This document shows, one piece after another, positions 58,754 to 64,000 of a stretch of DNA of 64,000 bases. Within the stretch, counting starts at the first letter, position 1; each line of letters begins with the position of its first letter. The translations under genes and the position numbers were made by a program. Source of the stretch: Minisyncoccota bacterium (GTDB lineage: Bacteria > Patescibacteriota > Minisyncoccia > UBA6257 > GWB1-50-10); assembly GCA_020059915.1 (NCBI GenBank), contig JAGVBB010000004.1, positions 2,910 through 66,909 of the forward strand, in the 5' to 3' direction. The notes below the pieces were generated by a model. It worked only from the letters and a program-made list of their open reading frames with translations. It made no database searches and was not told the DNA's origin.

Positions 58754-59813
58754 GTTTGATATGTTGTATTATGCTCAATAACACTGAAGAAGTCAATAGA
58801 TTTGATCCCCCATAGCTCACAAATGGAAATGTGATGCCCGCAACAGGCAAAAGTCCCATTGCAGAACCAACATTCACTGTGAAATGAGCGAGAAAATAAA
58901 CTCCAGAACCAAGACAGATAAATCGAAAATAATTGTCTTTTGCTCTGAGCCCAATCATTATAACACGATACACAACGGAAAAAAACGCGAGGACAACCGC
59001 AAGCCCACCAACAAGCCCCCACTCCTCCACAATTGCAGCAAAAATAAAATCAGTTTGTGCCTCGGGAAGAAATTTAAATTGAACCTGTGTCCCCATGCCA
59101 AATCCCTTACCTAATATTCCTCCGGAACCAATTGCTATTTTCGATTGAATAACATTGTAATTAACACCCAATGGATCTTTGTTGGGAGTAAAAAATCCAG
59201 TTATTCGATCTTTTTGATATGGTTTTAACGCAAATGCCCACATCATTACAAAAGCAACAATGAAACAACAAACACCAAAAAGGAATCGCTTTATATGGAC
59301 TCCAGAAAGCATAATGAAACCAAACCAAATAGCCATCACCATCGCCGCAGAACCAAAATCTGGATGTAAGAGAATTGGCACGGTGGGGATTAACATAAAA
59401 ACAAACGAAATAAAAAGCGTTCGTGCCTGCCATGCATGAATATGTTTCCGAGCAAAATAACTGGAAAGCACCAGAATAAGAGAAAGTTTTACTAACTCAG
59501 CAGGCTCAAATTGAAATCCAGCAATTGATATCCATCCTTTTGTCCCACGGACGGTACCAGAAAGAAAATTAGAAATAAAAACTAAAAATGTACTACCCCA
59601 ATATAAAGCCCCACGAAACCATATTTGTGTCCCAATCCACCTCCAATCAAATATACTTCCAAAAATTATTAATCCAAACCCAAATACATACCACAATAAC
59701 TGTCTCCAAAAAAAATCCATTCCAGAACTTGCTAAAGAAAGTAAACTAAAAAGAGCAAGCACCGCAAGTGCTCCTAAAAGCAGAAAATCAAGATTCCGTA
59801 TTCTTCGGATCAT
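58737..59813 (-). CDS. rodA: SEDS-family peptidoglycan polymerase RodA
   Basis: FEPAELVK, PDFGS, QSKIAIGSGG, LPEAQTDFIF, SYGGS. Confidence 0.88.
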   Translation of the reverse strand: MIRRIRNLDFLLLGALAVLALFSLLSLASSGMDFFWRQLLWYVFGFGLIIFGSIFDWRWIGTQIWFRGALYWGSTFLVFISNFLSGTVRGTKGWISIAGFQFEPAELVKLSLILVLSSYFARKHIHAWQARTLFISFVFMLIPTVPILLHPDFGSAAMVMAIWFGFIMLSGVHIKRFLFGVCCFIVAFVMMWAFALKPYQKDRITGFFTPNKDPLGVNYNVIQSKIAIGSGGILGKGFGMGTQVQFKFLPEAQTDFIFAAIVEEWGLVGGLAVVLAFFSVVYRVIMIGLRAKDNYFRFICLGSGVYFLAHFTVNVGSAMGLLPVAGITFPFVSYGGSNLLTSSVLLSIIQHIKLESSA

Positions 59814-60565
59814 TCTCCTTGTACTATGACGCGAGTTTGATTTGTTTTCAAGCGCTTTATGATCTCTTCATCATTGGGGAACACAACACTAAACTGTTCT
59901 TTACTTAATGCGGGAACCCGCGTCAAAATCATTTGGCTCGCATAGATATCCTCATTATATGAACCAGTCAGTGTCGCTATGATACGAACCTGGTGTGCCT
60001 CAAATGAACTCATATTCTCTATTTGTCCTTTCACTCGAACAGAGCCATTCTCAATCGTTGTGGTGCTATTTCTCACAAAAAGATTTGGTGAACTAAATGC
60101 GTCTTTTGATTTCCAAGCAATATCAGTAACCTCCATGGTTATATCTTGTGGATTTCTGTATATACTGTTGCCCTCATATATATACCCTTCGCTTCCCGCG
60201 CGTAGTGACGATGATCCACGTAGTACGTCACGTTCAATACCATTCTCATCAAACATCCGTACCACATAGGAAAAAGGGAATGCATGATGCGTTTCATTTG
60301 GATTTTTGATATGGAATACAAACGAGACCTTCCCAGATTTTAATGGCATTGCAGAATACCCAAGAAATTCTATAGGTTCTATATTTTTCAATTCACAAGA
60401 GATACAAGATCCTCCACAATCAATTCCTGTTTCTGTTTGATTTTGTATTCCATCCTCACATGTTGGAACCTGTTTTGTTATAATTCCCCACAATACAGAC
60501 CCAATCAAAAATAATAATGCAATATATAATAGTGAATAGATTATTTGTTTTGATGTTCGTTGCAT
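59810..60565 (-). CDS. Membrane-anchored hypothetical protein with a Cys-rich motif
   Basis: N-terminal TM then CEDGIQNQTETGIDCGGSCISC, followed by Ig-like beta-rich sequence. Confidence 0.75.
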   Translation of the reverse strand: MQRTSKQIIYSLLYIALLFLIGSVLWGIITKQVPTCEDGIQNQTETGIDCGGSCISCELKNIEPIEFLGYSAMPLKSGKVSFVFHIKNPNETHHAFPFSYVVRMFDENGIERDVLRGSSSLRAGSEGYIYEGNSIYRNPQDITMEVTDIAWKSKDAFSSPNLFVRNSTTTIENGSVRVKGQIENMSSFEAHQVRIIATLTGSYNEDIYASQMILTRVPALSKEQFSVVFPNDEEIIKRLKTNQTRVIVQGE

Positions 60566-60567
60566 GG

Positions 60568-61323
60568 TTATGAATGAATAATTTCAACAATTTTTTTAAA
60601 CTCTTTTGCACGCAAGCTTGCTCCTCCAACAAGAAATCCATCAATGGAGCGCTCTTTTAAAAACATTCCGATGTTATTAACACCAACAGAACCACCATAC
60701 AATCCAACTATTTTATATTGTGCCCATAATTTCATTGATTCTGCCAAAAATGCTTTTATATTTTGGATCATTTCTCCAGCACTCTCTGAATCATCAATGA
60801 CACCTCCATCATTATTATTAGTACTAATTGCCCAAACTGGTTCATATGCAATGATCAATTTTCCGACACCACCTCGTACAAGATCAAGATCGCGTTCAAT
60901 CTGTCTTAAAACAAAATCACGTGCATTCATGTATCCCCCCGCGCGAACCTCACTCGTTTCCCCAACACACAAAACAGGGATAATTCCAGCAGTAAGCGCC
61001 GTATGAACTTTTTTTGCAATTGAATCATCGGTCTCTCCCAAATGTGCGCGTCTTTCTGAATGACCAATAATTGCATACCGCACCCCCATTTTTTTGAATA
61101 ACAAAGGAGATATTGCTCCAGTATATGGACCACTCAACGCATCAATAGGATCAATGTCTTGTGCACATAATGCCCCACGTTTAATAACTGCTCGAACACT
61201 CGGCATGTGAAACGAAGGAGGAGCAATAATCACATCCCGCATATCTTCTTCTTTTGCTAATCGTATCGCATCTTCTGTTGATACGGGATTCATTTTCCAA
61301 TTTGCAATAACTAAATGTTTCAT
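60568..61323 (-). CDS. tpiA: Triose-phosphate isomerase
   Basis: ANWKM, GHSERR, AYEPVWAI, LYGGSV, LVGGASL. Confidence 0.95.
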   Translation of the reverse strand: MKHLVIANWKMNPVSTEDAIRLAKEEDMRDVIIAPPSFHMPSVRAVIKRGALCAQDIDPIDALSGPYTGAISPLLFKKMGVRYAIIGHSERRAHLGETDDSIAKKVHTALTAGIIPVLCVGETSEVRAGGYMNARDFVLRQIERDLDLVRGGVGKLIIAYEPVWAISTNNNDGGVIDDSESAGEMIQNIKAFLAESMKLWAQYKIVGLYGGSVGVNNIGMFLKERSIDGFLVGGASLRAKEFKKIVEIIHS

Positions 61324-61982
61324 TTATTTTTTAATCTTTTTTTATGTTCTCGTTTCAATGCTAGCAACCTTTTTGTATGAACAATTTTATCAATAACGGT
61401 CTCACGTTTTTTGGAATAATTTTTCTTCTCTAATGGAAGGACATACGTTTTTATATTATTTTTTAAAAAGAATCCAACGATCTCAGCGAATAAAACTCTG
61501 TGTGTATGAAATGAACCATATTCTTTTTCAATTATGGGAATTAAATCTTCTTTTATCACAACCATATAAGGAATAGATTTGGGAATATTATATTCTCCCT
61601 CCAAAATATTTTCACTTGTTGCAATAACACACTCATAGCCGTCCCGCATTTTTTGAATTATCTTTTCCCTTTCAGTGAATACGGGAATGGAGCCTGAATC
61701 AATAAACATTCGTAAATTTCCCTTAGTGAGGCGCAATCCTTCAGTAATAAAACCACCCCAACGATCCTTTTCTTTCAGTTCTGCAATATCGATATATTTT
61801 ACCAATGTAGAAAATTTCTCACAGACACGCTTTGATTCTATGGATGCATTCATATATACAAGAAGACATTCATATGAAAATTCAGACAAAGAAAGCATGT
61901 AGTCTAATGAAAGGAGAGAATCAAGAATCTCTTCACCTTCATGTTGTATTGGAATAATTACTGATAAAAAAGGTTTCGACAT
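61320..61982 (-). CDS. Degenerate glycosyltransferase family 2-like protein
   Basis: N-terminal FLSVIIP..HE resembles GT2; the DDGS and DxD motifs are not conserved. Confidence 0.5.
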   Translation of the reverse strand: MSKPFLSVIIPIQHEGEEILDSLLSLDYMLSLSEFSYECLLVYMNASIESKRVCEKFSTLVKYIDIAELKEKDRWGGFITEGLRLTKGNLRMFIDSGSIPVFTEREKIIQKMRDGYECVIATSENILEGEYNIPKSIPYMVVIKEDLIPIIEKEYGSFHTHRVLFAEIVGFFLKNNIKTYVLPLEKKNYSKKRETVIDKIVHTKRLLALKREHKKRLKNK

Positions 61983-61984
61983 GA

Positions 61985-64000
61985 TTATATATTTCTGAGA
62001 CGTGAATAGATTTCTGCATCCACATCAGCTTTTGGTTTTCCGTATGTAGACCGAGAAAGTTCCCGTATTTGCTCTCCACGTGTCGCAATGCCCTTTGGCG
62101 GAAATGGAATAAATAACGAAAAAGGAGGGTAAATTTTGTTGTTGATGATTATTTTTGCATACGCATGTAAGTTATCAACATTTATTAAATCATCTTTGCT
62201 AAATATTGGTGAAAATTGTTTTTCAAGAAATTCTGCGTCATTGGGGCCAACACGAAATGAAATCATTGATCCAACGTTTCCAAAAATTGCATCACGAATT
62301 GGATCCTTTAATTGTGCAATAAATTGATGGGCTACCGTAAGACATAGTCTGTATTTTCTTGCCTCAGAAAGAATTGTTGAAATTGATGGTGTGGTAAAGT
62401 TTTGGAACTCATCTATATAGAGATAAAAATCTTTTCTAGCATCTTGATCTGCTATATCTGCACGTGAAAATGCCGCCATAGTAAGCTTGCCAACAATAAT
62501 CATACCCAACAAACTTGCATTCATTTCCCCGATTCTTCCCTTGGAGAGATTTACCAAGAGAATTTTTCCTTCGTCCATAATCTTTCTGAAATTGAAAGAA
62601 CTTTTTGATTGCGCAATAATAGGACGAACAAAATCGTTTGCAATAAATGTACTAAATTTTGAAGTAATATATGGAACCATGTTTTTGAGATCTGCCTCAC
62701 CTCCCGCTTGGTGTGCTTCCTTCTCCCAAAAATCTTTTGCCACAATGTTGGTACACTTGGAAAGTAACATTTCTCTGAAATCCGAATCAGAAAGTACGCG
62801 AGGAATTTCAAGAATAGTATATCCTGCTTCTGGATCATCCATTAAGAGCAATAAAGCATTTCTTGTATATTGTTCAAACATAGGACCTCCCGTAGCTTTC
62901 AAATCATATAATGTGTCAAAAATCATCATCAATTCATTAATGATGAATGTTTTTTGTTCAGGAAAACGAGCATCGTATTCAAGCATGTTCACGGAAAGCG
63001 GATGATTTATATCAGAAGGGTCAAACACGATAACATCCTTTGCGCGTGATTCAGGAATCCTGTTCAATACATCTTCAAAAAGATCGCCATTGGGATCGAT
63101 GAGGCACACCCCTTCTCCCGCCAAGATGTCTTGTCCGGATATATTGTTCAAAAATACTGATTTACCAGTTCCTGTCTGTCCGACAAGATACAAATGCCTT
63201 CTTCTGTCTTCTCTAGTGAGCCGTATTTCCCGTCCCATTCCCCTATATTTACTTTGTCCCAAAATAATTCCTTCGTGTGGAATCTCCGATGGTGGTGGAG
63301 CTTCTTTTGATTTCAAGTAACTTATTCTTGGAACCTCAGTAAACGCTGTGGGGAGATGAAACACGCTCGCAAGTTCTTCAGAATTGAGAACTATTGATTC
63401 ATCTTTTGAATATTCCCTAAAAATAAATTTATGTATGAGATCGTTCTCATTTTGTTTTTTAACAACAAATTCATTTCTTTCGGGAGCATTGAACTGTGCA
63501 AATCCCGCCTCAATACTATCAATGATGGATTTTGCTTGTGGAACACTGGGAGCGGATGCAACAACGCGGATATTAACCGAGAATAGCGGTTTTGCAATTT
63601 TTCCCTCAAGCATTTTTATTGAGTGCTCATCAATGCCGTCACTCTTTTCATTGAACACCTCGTTTCCTTTCATTGCGATATTGCCAATGTCACGAAATGA
63701 AAGCTCTCCTGATGAACCGGCAAAGATAACATCCTTTGCTTTCCTTCCCTTTCTCAACTCTTCAATTGCTTTTTGGATATTTTTTTTGACAAAATTTTCT
63801 GCTGGACGAACTATGTATTGAACAGAACAACCTTCTCCAACCTCATTGATGCGCGCAAGTCCACCCAACACAGAAAGAAATGGGTCTGATTCAAATTCCT
63901 GATATGTTCGAAATGGAATAATAAAATAATCACGTTGTGCTAGAGAAAACGCAGAGACAGCTCCAGATGGATTGAATATATTGTAATCGGTAACGGGGAC
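61985..64000 (-). CDS. Second VirD4/TraG-like ATPase, 5'-truncated by the window edge
   Basis: GQTGTGKS, IDPNGDL, YIDEFQNF, LSEARKY; frame is open to base 64000. Confidence 0.88.
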   Translation of the reverse strand, partial: VPVTDYNIFNPSGAVSAFSLAQRDYFIIPFRTYQEFESDPFLSVLGGLARINEVGEGCSVQYIVRPAENFVKKNIQKAIEELRKGRKAKDVIFAGSSGELSFRDIGNIAMKGNEVFNEKSDGIDEHSIKMLEGKIAKPLFSVNIRVVASAPSVPQAKSIIDSIEAGFAQFNAPERNEFVVKKQNENDLIHKFIFREYSKDESIVLNSEELASVFHLPTAFTEVPRISYLKSKEAPPPSEIPHEGIILGQSKYRGMGREIRLTREDRRRHLYLVGQTGTGKSVFLNNISGQDILAGEGVCLIDPNGDLFEDVLNRIPESRAKDVIVFDPSDINHPLSVNMLEYDARFPEQKTFIINELMMIFDTLYDLKATGGPMFEQYTRNALLLLMDDPEAGYTILEIPRVLSDSDFREMLLSKCTNIVAKDFWEKEAHQAGGEADLKNMVPYITSKFSTFIANDFVRPIIAQSKSSFNFRKIMDEGKILLVNLSKGRIGEMNASLLGMIIVGKLTMAAFSRADIADQDARKDFYLYIDEFQNFTTPSISTILSEARKYRLCLTVAHQFIAQLKDPIRDAIFGNVGSMISFRVGPNDAEFLEKQFSPIFSKDDLINVDNLHAYAKIIINNKIYPPFSLFIPFPPKGIATRGEQIRELSRSTYGKPKADVDAEIYSRLRNI

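Noticed and set aside
1-64000. Alternative genetic code 25 (TGA=Gly), prophage or transposase
   Set aside because: Conserved genes are full length under code 11 and TGA ends genes such as plsY; no phage, integrase or transposase motifs were seen

Overview
Gene-dense, AT-rich housekeeping region of a bacterial chromosome using genetic code 11 (TGA is used as stop). The gene set points to Patescibacteria/CPR, probably Parcubacteria-like: no rpmD (L30) between rpsE and rplO, a short AlaRS, a GAD-less AspRS, a split transketolase, a split ComEC and two VirD4-like ATPases. It carries topA, map/adk, a tkt-pfkB-hyp-fba sugar cluster, the spc/S10/str ribosomal clusters, tRNA-Pro(GGG), a probable 6S RNA, ndk, aspS, comEC, mnmA, efp, alaS, rpoD-dnaG, rpsF-ssb-rpsR, rpoBC, mltG-rodA and tpiA. 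No transposase, integrase or CRISPR array is visible. Two patterns stand out beyond this gene list. (1) About nine self-contained, mostly orphan gene cassettes share one leader design: near-consensus sigma70 promoter, a boxA-like TC(A/T)TTAA(C/T)A motif, a strong Shine-Dalgarno, the ORF(s) and a hairpin terminator. The core genes I inspected are leaderless or lack an SD. (2) Several families of small palindromic or heptamer repeats occur, some inserted in frame into translation genes (mnmA three times, aspS, rpsE). All calls come from reading the sequence; no database searches were run.
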